Source of the DNA: a virus
Length of the DNA: 64,000 nucleotides
Reading direction: 5' to 3' (one strand)
IMG/VR virus record: IMGVR_UViG_3300042398_001156
Coordinates: 1 to 64,000 of that record
Each line of letters opens with the position of its first letter. The first letter of the stretch is position 1. The notes under the pieces were generated by a model. That model searched no databases and was not told the DNA's origin. It worked only from the letters and a program-made list of their open reading frames with translations. The position numbers and the translations under genes are program-made. Below, piece after piece: positions 19,661-28,962 of this stretch.

Positions 19661-20116
19661 CTAAATGTGGATTACATATTCTACACACTCACCAAAGCGT
19701 TTGACTTCTTTAGCATTAACTAGTCTTTCTAATCCTTTAGCATAACGAATGTTGTCTTTGTGCAATATTGCGCGTATAGGTCTCATATATTTTTTAAGCT
19801 GTTGGAACATTTCAATCAATAAACTTAATGATCCTGCGCGATAGCGTTTGTCTATATAAGTTTCTGTTATAAATAAACAGTCATCTCTTTCTAAATCTAG
19901 TGATACAAACCCAACTGTAATACCTTCGTTGTTAACTAACATTAAACACTGTCCTTTAATTAACTTATAATGTAACACGGTTAGTTTAGTAAAAAAGTGT
20001 TGGTTATCAAAGAACAGTAATTTTTTATCTTCTTCAGACATTTTTGTAAACATTTCTATTACTTTATATAAATCAGGGTGGCTGCTGTAATGTATCATCC
20101 GATGCTTGGATCCCAT
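19661..20116 (-). CDS. GNAT-fold acetyltransferase-like protein
   Basis: VGFVSL...LFITETYIDKRYR.G motif A-like; later N....K..ERL. Confidence 0.55.
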   Translation of the reverse strand: MGSKHRMIHYSSHPDLYKVIEMFTKMSEEDKKLLFFDNQHFFTKLTVLHYKLIKGQCLMLVNNEGITVGFVSLDLERDDCLFITETYIDKRYRAGSLSLLIEMFQQLKKYMRPIRAILHKDNIRYAKGLERLVNAKEVKRFGECVEYVIHI

Positions 20117-20391
20117 CCACCGTCACTATCTTCGTATGGATTTTGCGGTTCTTCAGTTACATCTTCATAGTCAGGTTCGTCTACGTCTACGTCTACGTCA
20201 GGAACTGGTACATCTATATACGTTTCAGTATCAATCACAGTATTTGTTTCTGATTTTAAAGTTGTTACAATTTTACTATGTTGACAATTTTTACAAAAGT
20301 AAATATCAATTAAACGATCTAACCCTTGAATCTTACTGGACAACAATGTTAATCGTGTGCTTTCACACTTGTCACATTTTAGTTCCATCAT
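20095..20391 (-). CDS. Zinc-ribbon protein with acidic tail
   Basis: CDKC-x23-CKNC then D/E/V/P-rich tail. Confidence 0.65.
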   Translation of the reverse strand: MMELKCDKCESTRLTLLSSKIQGLDRLIDIYFCKNCQHSKIVTTLKSETNTVIDTETYIDVPVPDVDVDVDEPDYEDVTEEPQNPYEDSDGGWDPSIG

Positions 20392-20857
20392 TCTTTACAG
20401 GTTCCTCCTCTTTAATTTCTTTAGCTAAATCTTCAATAAATCGTTTGTGATCAGCCGCTTCTTCAGCGTTCATTTCCATAACAGTGTTTTGTTGATGCAC
20501 AATAGCATCAGCAATAAACTGAACATCAGGAAATAATTCTGTAAGCATATCATTAAATACTTTAGCAATCGTATCGTGAAGCGACTTGCGAGTTTTATAC
20601 AAAGCATTATCTTTATCACCGTCTTTAAAGATGTATGCTTTTGCTTCTACTTCACTACTACTTGCCGGTCTCATCACAGGTAGATCAGCTAACACTGCAA
20701 CTAAACCTAAACGCACACCAGTTAAGATTGTACTAAGGTATGGTTTAATATCGGTCACTACACCTGGTTTTAACTTAGGTAAAATTTTACCTTCAATCGT
20801 TCCAGTAATAGGATTAGCTACGAAACTAAATTTAATCACTTTGTCATTCTTTGGCAC
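20372..20857 (-). CDS. Hypothetical protein
   Basis: GTG start with AGGAGG RBS and upstream promoter. Confidence 0.7.
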   Translation of the reverse strand: MPKNDKVIKFSFVANPITGTIEGKILPKLKPGVVTDIKPYLSTILTGVRLGLVAVLADLPVMRPASSSEVEAKAYIFKDGDKDNALYKTRKSLHDTIAKVFNDMLTELFPDVQFIADAIVHQQNTVMEMNAEEAADHKRFIEDLAKEIKEEEPVKNDGTKM

Positions 20858-20881
20858 AAGTATGCCTCCTTGTTTTCTATG

Positions 20882-20909
20882 AGTATATCATAACATATAA
20901 AAAACACAA
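20882..20909 (-). promoter_or_regulatory. sigmaA-like promoter TTGTGT-N16-TATACT with TATG -16 element
   Basis: Read on the minus strand upstream of 20857; overlaps an inverted repeat at 20903-20928. Confidence 0.55.
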
Positions 20910-20951
20910 GATGTGTATATCTTGTGTTCTTTGTGTAATATTTACAATTGT

Positions 20952-22688
20952 TTACTTAAAGCCTTGCCCCATTTGTGGGTCTTGTTGCATCGCATTCTTT
21001 TCTTCAATTAAGATTGTAATTGCTTGTTGAGCGGCTTGTTCTTCAGATAACCCTTGCGATAGTAACCGACTAAAGATTGAAGCAAAATTAGTAAGATCAG
21101 CCACCAATGTTTCAGCAGTACTATCTTGTTCATTCTTTTCAAGTCTTTGTAAAAACAAATCTTTTTGTGGAAAGTCTGAGTACTTAATAAGATCTTGTGG
21201 CGTAATAATCTGAGGCTTGATTTGATACTGTGCTTGCATTTCGTATAAAGCTTTAGCAGAATCAAACAAGTTTGCTTGGTTCATCGGCAGTAATGTAGAT
21301 GCTGCAATATTATAATCAAACTTCATACCACGTTCACGTAAGACATCAAATTTAATATTACGTTGTTCGATAACTTTATTAGTACCTGTTGCAGATAGTT
21401 TTGGAACGACATAAGTTTTATCACCGCCATACGCAAAGTAGTATTCTAATACAAGTTTAGTTAAGTCTTCACAGAATTCTTCAAGTAAAGTAATCCGTGA
21501 GTTATCCGTAAGCATGGTTACACGTGCTTGAAACGCTTGCGTCGCTCCGGTAGTTTGAATACTGTTTGTCATACGACCTTTATAGTATGGGTCAACACCC
21601 GTCACTTGAAAGATAGACTGTTCTAAACGTTGTTTAATATTACCTAAGTCCGGAATAACTGGAACGTCAACATAATAAACTAAATTACGCGGATCACCTT
21701 TGGTTTCAAACGAAGCACCAGGAGTACCACCGTAGTCTGCAAACGATCTCATGTTAATACGTCCATCTGTATTAACAAAGCGTACGCGATTAAGTACGCG
21801 ATATGGTTGCGTAGCTTCCATTGAGTCGAGCATGTTAAGGGCAACCACCGTATTAAGAATCTTTGTTAGCTTAGAGTTTCCATAAGGATTACCATCTGGA
21901 CGTTGAGGAGTGTAAACAACTACTGGAAAGCGTTTAAGTGGAATGTTTAAGTTTTCATAAATAATCGTATCTTCGTTTAACATAAAGACTTGATCGATCG
22001 TACCATTCTTATTACGCATAAAGCATTCAACCAAAGAGACTGTGCGGTTGTTAGTGATTGTATTATTTTCATAACCTGCAATACGATTGGTTGCAGTCTT
22101 ATCACTCATGACACCTTTATACTTTTCCATAAACTCTTTAACACCATCTTTAAAGTCAGGGTTATCAACTAAAGTGTCGATGTTAACGGCACGTTCAATA
22201 AAGATTGCTTCACCATCTTTATAAGAATCAACACTTGGATCAAAGTAAAGTTCTTGTGGCGACATTGCTTTTAGTTTAATGTGGCCTTTTGCACTGTCCC
22301 AGTCTACGCGCATAGCACCAACGTTATACAACTCAGCGTTTTCGCCAACGTGTAAGAATTTATTTTTCATTCCCCACTTGCTCCAGTTGTAAGCAATGAA
22401 TGCGTTAAGATCTTGCACTGTCTTTTCATCTTGAATATATCTAGGCGTTAACGTTCCAATAAACGAACCGCTATAAATAGAGTTCATAAAACCTTGGACA
22501 ACATATTCAAAGTAGTTCCAGTCAGGTGTAATACTATATTCTTTTAAGTTCTTTTTAAAGTAAGCCCAGAACTCGCCTTTATAAAGTGAACGAATTAAAC
22601 GCCACTCACGTAGCTGTCCTTGTTTAAACGAACGAAACTCATCAAACTTTTGTTTAACTTTAAAAATATCGTAGGTAAACTTAGGCAT
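20952..22688 (-). CDS. Portal protein
   Basis: 578 aa after the terminase; SPQELYFDP, FPVVVY...PDGNPYG.S and TG.....GR......TTGA patterns as in P22/podoviral portals. Confidence 0.85.
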   Translation of the reverse strand: MPKFTYDIFKVKQKFDEFRSFKQGQLREWRLIRSLYKGEFWAYFKKNLKEYSITPDWNYFEYVVQGFMNSIYSGSFIGTLTPRYIQDEKTVQDLNAFIAYNWSKWGMKNKFLHVGENAELYNVGAMRVDWDSAKGHIKLKAMSPQELYFDPSVDSYKDGEAIFIERAVNIDTLVDNPDFKDGVKEFMEKYKGVMSDKTATNRIAGYENNTITNNRTVSLVECFMRNKNGTIDQVFMLNEDTIIYENLNIPLKRFPVVVYTPQRPDGNPYGNSKLTKILNTVVALNMLDSMEATQPYRVLNRVRFVNTDGRINMRSFADYGGTPGASFETKGDPRNLVYYVDVPVIPDLGNIKQRLEQSIFQVTGVDPYYKGRMTNSIQTTGATQAFQARVTMLTDNSRITLLEEFCEDLTKLVLEYYFAYGGDKTYVVPKLSATGTNKVIEQRNIKFDVLRERGMKFDYNIAASTLLPMNQANLFDSAKALYEMQAQYQIKPQIITPQDLIKYSDFPQKDLFLQRLEKNEQDSTAETLVADLTNFASIFSRLLSQGLSEEQAAQQAITILIEEKNAMQQDPQMGQGFK

Positions 22689-23137
22689 TATTGTTTACCT
22701 TCTTTCTTTTTCGGTGGCTCAGGCATAACTGGACCATCCATAATTTCTTCAAAGGTTTTAGCAATCGCATCGTTTTGACGTTGTGTGCTTGCAATAATTG
22801 CTTCTTCAATTTGTCTTTGACGAATACGTTCTTTTTTTGCAGCTTCTTCTTTTTGTTGTTCAGTTAATTCTTCTTCAGCTTCTTCTGGGTTATCTCCCAT
22901 TGTATTATGTTTTGCAGCATCAATGATTGCTTGAATAGGCAAAGTAATATCTCCATCGTTATCAGGAGTTCTGCCTGCTTTATTAACTCCAGTTTTATTT
23001 CGGGATGTACGCGCCGAGCGGTTTGTTAAAATTTTCTTCGGATCCTTCATCATTTTCGTCATATACACTAGTTGCATATACTGGCCCACTGCTACCAGAA
23101 TAAGTAATATTACTGCCAAAGCTGTTAGAATTTCCAT
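22688..23137 (-). CDS. N-terminally anchored membrane protein
   Basis: Hydrophobic N-terminus then charged region; GGAG RBS; overlaps terminase 3' end by 143 nt. Confidence 0.6.
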   Translation of the reverse strand: MEILTALAVILLILVAVGQYMQLVYMTKMMKDPKKILTNRSARTSRNKTGVNKAGRTPDNDGDITLPIQAIIDAAKHNTMGDNPEEAEEELTEQQKEEAAKKERIRQRQIEEAIIASTQRQNDAIAKTFEEIMDGPVMPEPPKKKEGKQ

Positions 23138-24866
23138 CGTTTATGTTCTCCTTTAATGGATCATAATATTGAACTGTCTTTTTAATTATAGCATTCTTTT
23201 GTTTATCATGAACGAAAGCTTTTCCACTAGGCAAATATACACTAAGTTTTAATTCTTGTAAATTATGTGGTAGCTCAACAACAACAAACTCTAACGCAGT
23301 AACACCGTGGTCATTACCATCTTCAGGTTTGTCTGTCGGTGTTCCGTTTTTGTCAAGTTTAAATTTATAGTTAAGTGCTTCATCAATTAAAAACTCACAT
23401 GTAGAAAATACTTCCATTTGATTATGGTTAAGTAATGAATTCATTTTAATAATACGTGCATCATGTGATGCAAACGAAGGATCAAAATATAAACCTTCTG
23501 CTTCAAACATACTGCCAATAGTGACTAAGTTACTTTCACGCTTGCTATAACTACGTCCGTCAAATCTAGGTAGCATAAGTAAACCATCGAGATCTGTACC
23601 ATTGATTCTAGTTTCTTTACGATACTCTTTTGCCAGCGTTTTAATATCAGAGTTGTTGATACGTAGTTCGTCATACACATAAAGCTTCTTTGTTTCTGTA
23701 GAAAATGCTGTATAAATCACGTGAGTTGGGTCATTTATGCCGTAATCTACCCCAATTGCGTAGTATAATACGCGCTTTCCTGACTCGTCAAATGCTCTAG
23801 GAAGTGGGTGTGGAGGGACAATACTGATCCCAAAGTTAGGGAATACTAGGTTACTTGAGAAGTTAAAGCTACCTTTATAGTATTGTTGGATGTATGCTTT
23901 GGATTTTCCTCTAGTTTGTTCTTGTTCATACGTAGCAGGTAGGTAAGGGTTAGCACTTGTAGAGATAATCTGTGTATACTTTTGCGGATCTCGATCCTTG
24001 TTGTACTTATATCCTTCGTTATATGCATCTCCATAAAACTCTACAGTTTCTGAATCTAATAAAAACTTAGACTTTACCCAACCTGAGTCAGGGTTTGTTT
24101 CTAAGTTAATGTGTCTAGCATCGATTCGATACTTAGGTTTAAAGATTTGTTGGTTTGGATCCCATTGCATAACAGGTTGTCCGTTTGAATCTGTTTCAGG
24201 AATCATAGCATTGGTATTACGGATACGAGATTGCAACATGGTGAACGCAGCGAAGTTAACATCAGATGATTCTACAATTACCGCCATCGTTAAGTTAATC
24301 GACTTTAGTTTTGTTTCATCATCAAACGAACGAAACAATATTTCAGACCCATTGGTTAATTGCAGTTCATGCTTTTGATCGTTCTTACGTCGAATAAGTT
24401 TCATAGGAAAAATACTATAAAACTCTTTGACAAACGTAGCTTCTAACGCTGGGTATGTTCGTGCAGTTACTGCAACACGTGCTCCAGGTATTAACATAAT
24501 ATGTTTAATCACATCTTCGATGTTGGCACGAGACTTACCAGAACCATATCCACCTGCTGTCATCTTATAACGTTCACGTCTACGTAAGAACATTGCTTGA
24601 TATGCTGTTGGTTTAAAAGTATTAACCAATGTTCCACACTCTGGGCATTCTTTAAACGTACTGCTTTCACTACCGTTAACAGCTTTAGCTGCTACTAAAG
24701 GTTTGTTACAACGTGGGCAATGTTGAATATGACTAACATTAATATATTGTGGGGCTGCTTCTGCTAACGACGCTTGTGGTTTTATAGAAATACTTTTGGT
24801 AATGTCAAAAACTTCACCGGTATTTTTGTCAACTAAATGTTGTTCATCAAGAATTGACTTAGGCAT
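22995..24866 (-). CDS. terL: Terminase large subunit with N-terminal Zn ribbon
   Basis: Walker A GGYGSGKS, LETNP motif, NPYLP, nuclease GVDYG..D and DH near the C-terminus. Confidence 0.9.
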   Translation of the reverse strand: MPKSILDEQHLVDKNTGEVFDITKSISIKPQASLAEAAPQYINVSHIQHCPRCNKPLVAAKAVNGSESSTFKECPECGTLVNTFKPTAYQAMFLRRRERYKMTAGGYGSGKSRANIEDVIKHIMLIPGARVAVTARTYPALEATFVKEFYSIFPMKLIRRKNDQKHELQLTNGSEILFRSFDDETKLKSINLTMAVIVESSDVNFAAFTMLQSRIRNTNAMIPETDSNGQPVMQWDPNQQIFKPKYRIDARHINLETNPDSGWVKSKFLLDSETVEFYGDAYNEGYKYNKDRDPQKYTQIISTSANPYLPATYEQEQTRGKSKAYIQQYYKGSFNFSSNLVFPNFGISIVPPHPLPRAFDESGKRVLYYAIGVDYGINDPTHVIYTAFSTETKKLYVYDELRINNSDIKTLAKEYRKETRINGTDLDGLLMLPRFDGRSYSKRESNLVTIGSMFEAEGLYFDPSFASHDARIIKMNSLLNHNQMEVFSTCEFLIDEALNYKFKLDKNGTPTDKPEDGNDHGVTALEFVVVELPHNLQELKLSVYLPSGKAFVHDKQKNAIIKKTVQYYDPLKENINDGNSNSFGSNITYSGSSGPVYATSVYDENDEGSEENFNKPLGAYIPK

Positions 24867-24867
24867 A

Positions 24868-25302
24868 TTATAATCCTAGCTTTTTGTTTTCAGGAACAGG
24901 TGGTAAAAACTCAGTCTCGTCTGCAGTTAGTGGAGTTTGAATATAAATGTATTGCACAGGCGTCGCAAAGTTAGGACGATGATCGTCACGGTATTTAATT
25001 GCGGCGTTTAGTTTAGTAGCATCAGCCATCCCAACATGCACACCGTCTTTCATATACTTGTTAACAATAATCCCTGCTTGGGTATAAATAATTTTATCAA
25101 TGTAATCTTGCACTCGGCTGTCAGATAAAAACATTTGCCAATCGTGATAGTTAGTATTTTGGCCAATCAATGTAGCAAGTTCGTGTGGGTTTGATATAAA
25201 TAAATTATCGTATATATGTGAAACTGTTTCTGCAAAGTTCCATAAGTTAACAAGATGTAATAACTTAACTTCTGTTTTAGTAAACATTTCTAATGAAATC
25301 AT
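24868..25302 (-). CDS. Possible terminase small subunit
   Basis: Helical 144-aa ORF immediately upstream of terL; positional inference only. Confidence 0.4.
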   Translation of the reverse strand: MISLEMFTKTEVKLLHLVNLWNFAETVSHIYDNLFISNPHELATLIGQNTNYHDWQMFLSDSRVQDYIDKIIYTQAGIIVNKYMKDGVHVGMADATKLNAAIKYRDDHRPNFATPVQYIYIQTPLTADETEFLPPVPENKKLGL

Positions 25303-25910
25303 ACTTTACCTTTCAAGTGAGGTAGGTTAATAGCCATGCCTCTACGATTTGATTCCAAAATTAAAGGAACCTTTTGTTTATAGTATACACCTTTTGATTT
25401 GCTCATACGATATAGTATAAAATTTTCTATAGGATAAAACCTAGTCAAGTTAATAACTTCTTGTCTGGCTTTAGCAAGTGTTGTAAAATATAACTCTTGC
25501 ATACGCACACCTTGTTTTTGAACAAGCAAAGCACCGTTAAGAGTACCTTGTTTATAATTAACACCGGTAATTCCTTTTAGATTATTAAGACCATTGTGTT
25601 TTTCTAAATCGTTTAAATATTTTAAATTAACAAAAAGGTGTTGAAACGTTGATCTTAAAAACACCAACGTATATTTTTTAAATTCATTGATAAGCCAATC
25701 GTATCCATCTTTAGTTAAATAAAGTTTATAGTCATTATAAATACTAATGTCATTGTTATCTAAAGTAAAAGGCAACTTACTGTGTAGTGCATAAGCTTTA
25801 AGCACAACAGCAACGTTGCCTGATCTTAAGGGATATTTTTTAATCTGTTCAGGAGTTAAGATACCAATAGTAATACATTGGTCTATATATTTGTCGACTA
25901 ACTCTTTCAT
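25299..25910 (-). CDS. Hypothetical basic protein
   Basis: 203-aa ORF coupled to neighbours. Confidence 0.7.
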   Translation of the reverse strand: MKELVDKYIDQCITIGILTPEQIKKYPLRSGNVAVVLKAYALHSKLPFTLDNNDISIYNDYKLYLTKDGYDWLINEFKKYTLVFLRSTFQHLFVNLKYLNDLEKHNGLNNLKGITGVNYKQGTLNGALLVQKQGVRMQELYFTTLAKARQEVINLTRFYPIENFILYRMSKSKGVYYKQKVPLILESNRRGMAINLPHLKGKV

Positions 25911-26200
25911 TACATACCCGAGATAGCTTCGTCTAATGCAGCCATTTGAGCTGCGTCTTCTTCAGTATCTTCTTCTTGGATAGGTTCTGGTTCTGGAGCA
26001 GTAGTTGCGCCAGCAGAAATGGTCATACTTGATTCAGTTAATTCTGTAACAGTCATGCCCATAGAATTAACCATGTTCAAAACTTCAATCAATTGCATTT
26101 TATCCATTTCGCCTACTTCTACAGACAACATTCCTTGGTCTTCCATTTCTTCAAAACCAATGTTCATTCCTTGTAGAGCACTAATAATTTCTTCAAACAT
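25910..26200 (-). CDS. Highly acidic Met-rich protein
   Basis: 96 aa, GGAGG RBS, D/E-rich with a single Lys. Confidence 0.7.
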   Translation of the reverse strand: MFEEIISALQGMNIGFEEMEDQGMLSVEVGEMDKMQLIEVLNMVNSMGMTVTELTESSMTISAGATTAPEPEPIQEEDTEEDAAQMAALDEAISGM

Positions 26201-26201
26201 T

Positions 26202-26672
26202 TTATTTACCTCCTTTTTGTATCATATTATGCAGTATCGTCCGATAAGGTTCCGCCACCATTTCCATATCTTGCATATGAACATCATAGTGACCATTTTT
26301 AATGAGCTCAGCGTGGTACATAAACTTACCGAACGCGTCATCTGATTCTGGAATATACTGACGGGCAAACAATTCTATTTCTAATCCTAAGGTTTCATCA
26401 CCTTTAGATTGTTCTTCAGGATATGGCATTTCGATTTCTACTTCGATTGGCATTTCAATTCCCATTTCCATGGTTTCTGGGAATACATACAGGTATTGTT
26501 CGTCTACGCTATAGTCCACACCTTTTTCTTCAAGGTGGTCCATCATTGATAGCATTAACATTTGATCAACATCTGTTAAATCAACGACAATCTTTTCCGG
26601 CCATTGTTCATAAGGAACACTCATGTCATCGAGCATCATCATAAATTCAGTACATTTTGGATCCATGTGCAC
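26202..26672 (-). CDS. Acidic Met-rich protein, likely paralog of 25910..26200
   Basis: GTG start with GGAGG RBS; similar N-terminal pattern. Confidence 0.7.
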   Translation of the reverse strand: MHMDPKCTEFMMMLDDMSVPYEQWPEKIVVDLTDVDQMLMLSMMDHLEEKGVDYSVDEQYLYVFPETMEMGIEMPIEVEIEMPYPEEQSKGDETLGLEIELFARQYIPESDDAFGKFMYHAELIKNGHYDVHMQDMEMVAEPYRTILHNMIQKGGK

Positions 26673-26692
26673 AAGTTATCCTCCGCCTTTAA

Positions 26693-26703
26693 AGTATATC
26701 ACA
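26693..26703 (-). promoter_or_regulatory. Extended -10 promoter TGTGA-TATACT
   Basis: TRTG-n-TATACT upstream of the RBS of 26672. Confidence 0.55.
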
Positions 26704-27052
26704 AAAATTCTTTCAGTAAATTTGTTTCTACTTCTGTAATAACATTACCATACTTTATAAAAAATTCACAACGTTCTTTTAAAACGTTTAGCTCTTCGTC
26801 CGTTGCAATTAAAAAGTACCGGTTAGGACTTGACGCTTTAATATAGTCTCGCCACCACTCTTGTAGTGGAGTCAGGTCATAGTAACTGGTACCTTTGAAC
26901 TCGACGTAGATCGTACCGCCGTGTTTAGGCAATTGCAAAAACCTGTCGGGAAACCCTTTGGAGGTGACGACAGGTCCTTTAATAGCGACAATCTCTTTGG
27001 ACTGGCACCAGCGTACGAAAATACTTTCTAATCGTTTCTCAGTTGTGCTCAC
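26699..27052 (-). CDS. VRR-NUC domain nuclease (Holliday junction resolvase-like)
   Basis: EK.LE...GFPDR...YVEFK...LTPLQ.WW PD-(D/E)xK pattern. Confidence 0.85.
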   Translation of the reverse strand: MSTTEKRLESIFVRWCQSKEIVAIKGPVVTSKGFPDRFLQLPKHGGTIYVEFKGTSYYDLTPLQEWWRDYIKASSPNRYFLIATDEELNVLKERCEFFIKYGNVITEVETNLLKEFL

Positions 27053-27510
27053 TACTCTATGATACCATTTTTACGCAATGTATCAATGGTACCTTTGTAG
27101 AGATCACGTTGTTCTTCTAAGTGTAAATTTTCTAAACGTAAGTCTTTGATTTGTTTACTGGCGTTACTTATCACGTTAAACAATAAGTTAAACAAGTCTC
27201 GCGTGATAACATGTGCACGTTCACCTGCGCTGTTGATATATTGGTTACCATAGTTAGCTTTGGTGTTCTTTTCAACAATACAAAACCGACGCTTGTTACT
27301 ATTAGGCATCGATGTTTCGCATTCCAATAACTGTAAGCTGGTTGTATCTAACAAGATCCGTTCACTGCCTGGTTTAGAAACTACCATGCCCATACCACCG
27401 ACCACTTCTTTAGTAACTTGTTCAGGATTTTCAGTTGCAGTGTCTAACGTTGCGTTACGTTTTTCTTGCGTGACTTGTTGAATCTTTTTATTAATTGCTT
27501 CGAAGTCCAT
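27052..27510 (-). CDS. Hypothetical protein with C-terminal coiled coil
   Basis: 152-aa coupled ORF. Confidence 0.7.
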   Translation of the reverse strand: MDFEAINKKIQQVTQEKRNATLDTATENPEQVTKEVVGGMGMVVSKPGSERILLDTTSLQLLECETSMPNSNKRRFCIVEKNTKANYGNQYINSAGERAHVITRDLFNLLFNVISNASKQIKDLRLENLHLEEQRDLYKGTIDTLRKNGIIE

Positions 27511-27512
27511 GT

Positions 27513-27839
27513 TTATAACTTCTTTCCGTGTTTATACGGACGGGTAATATTGAACTGGTGTTTTTCTAAAACGGCAGCTTCCATGTCGATGCCAAAGTAT
27601 TCAGCCAAATCTAATACGCGGATAATGACGTCGGCAAGTTCAGCTGGGATACCTTCTGGTTTACCACCTTCGCTATAGTATGCTTCTTTTTCTTTACGAC
27701 CATTGCGGTATTCTTCTAAAGCTTCGGACAACTCTGAGTGAACCAGCGCAATAAGTTCAGGAATATCTCGGTGTTTTTCCCACCAGCCATGTTCTTTAGC
27801 GTTGTGATGAATCATTTCTTGTAGTTGTTTAAGATGCAT
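27513..27839 (-). CDS. mazG: MazG-like nucleotide pyrophosphohydrolase
   Basis: LVHSELSEALEE...ELADVIIRVLD...K...N..R.YKHGK. Confidence 0.9.
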   Translation of the reverse strand: MHLKQLQEMIHHNAKEHGWWEKHRDIPELIALVHSELSEALEEYRNGRKEKEAYYSEGGKPEGIPAELADVIIRVLDLAEYFGIDMEAAVLEKHQFNITRPYKHGKKL

Positions 27840-27841
27840 AA

Positions 27842-28045
27842 TTAATCCTTCTTTTCTACGTAACAGATTTCATAACCCATTAACGTGTGTTTTGTTTTTT
27901 TAAACTTACCATTAAGCGCCAGTGAGACCATCGGTCTCGACACGGCTATGTACGCAGCGACTTCGTCTTGTGTTTTAAAAATATGCCATTCATCTGTGTC
28001 TAGTTTACGCACACCGATTAAACCACGTCTATGCTTCTTGTTCAT
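27842..28045 (-). CDS. Small HTH (NUMOD1-like) protein
   Basis: F.TQ.EVA.YI.VSR..VS.AL.G pattern. Confidence 0.6.
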   Translation of the reverse strand: MNKKHRRGLIGVRKLDTDEWHIFKTQDEVAAYIAVSRPMVSLALNGKFKKTKHTLMGYEICYVEKKD

Positions 28046-28229
28046 CTTTAACTTCCTTAAGTTGATATTTTAGAAATGTCCAACCGTCTTCAGCAATTTG
28101 GGGAATACTAACGAGTAAATCCCCACCATCTAAAACTTGTAACACTGTGCCTATCATTCCTTTACGGATACCTTTGACAATATCTTTAAGGTGGATGTTA
28201 TGGACAACGACTTTACTTCCTTTTTGCAC
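28029..28229 (-). CDS. Small SH3/KOW-like hypothetical protein
   Basis: KG.KV.V...G.IGTV..V beta-barrel pattern; GTG start with AGGAG RBS. Confidence 0.55.
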   Translation of the reverse strand: MQKGSKVVVHNIHLKDIVKGIRKGMIGTVLQVLDGGDLLVSIPQIAEDGWTFLKYQLKEVKDEQEA

Positions 28230-28401
28230 GGGCTTTCTCCTTTGCTTTATCAGCGGCGATATCTCTTTCGACTTCTAAGTAACCAAGCTTATGCTCTAAC
28301 TGTAATCGGATCTTGTCATTACGTTCCATCTTAATACTTAGTTTTAAAAATGTAATTGCTTTATCGTACGTTTCGAATGTACGCCCTAAGATTCTAATCA
28401 T
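28213..28401 (-). CDS. Hypothetical protein
   Basis: AGGAGG RBS, coupled ORF. Confidence 0.6.
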   Translation of the reverse strand: MIRILGRTFETYDKAITFLKLSIKMERNDKIRLQLEHKLGYLEVERDIAADKAKEKARAKRK

Positions 28402-28786
28402 GTGCTCCTCCTTTCGTTACGGCTGGGTAAACCTGCAGCAAATCTTTTAACATCTCTGGTCGATCTGCATAGATCCGTTTACGCAGTAACTCTTTTGTTA
28501 ACTGGTACATCGGATTGTTTTCATTAAACATCACGTAGTAGTAGAACTCGGTGCCGTGTTTACAAACATACTTATCGTAATACAGATACTGCCCTGCAAC
28601 TTGGTAGAAGTCTCTGATCGTTAGTCTTCCATCTCTTTCAAACACATTGTGTTTATAAATCTGGTACAGTGTTGTCGCTTTAACCAAGGCTGTTTTACTT
28701 CTTATCGCATCTAACTCTTCTATGTTATGTTCAATCTTGTGGGCTTTGATATCAATAAACTTTGTAAAGAATTCTAGTGTTTTCAT
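28394..28786 (-). CDS. Hypothetical protein
   Basis: 130-aa coupled ORF. Confidence 0.65.
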   Translation of the reverse strand: MKTLEFFTKFIDIKAHKIEHNIEELDAIRSKTALVKATTLYQIYKHNVFERDGRLTIRDFYQVAGQYLYYDKYVCKHGTEFYYYVMFNENNPMYQLTKELLRKRIYADRPEMLKDLLQVYPAVTKGGAHD

Positions 28787-28962
28787 AAGTAGTCCGCCAT
28801 AATTGATTCTAAATCTTTAATTGCTATAATTTTAACTTCACCTGTTTTTGTAACTATCGTTATCTTACTATCGACAATTTTTACTTTTATACTTAGCTCT
28901 CGGTTGATATAGATTCCGTCAGGTTCTTTGACGAAACCCATATTCAGTAATTCAGTGTGCAT
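28783..28962 (-). CDS. Small hypothetical protein (59 aa, MHTELLNMGFVKEPDG...)
   Basis: Read from the sequence; fills the gap with TGATG and ATGA overlaps. Confidence 0.65.
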   Translation of the reverse strand: MHTELLNMGFVKEPDGIYINRELSIKVKIVDSKITIVTKTGEVKIIAIKDLESIMADYL

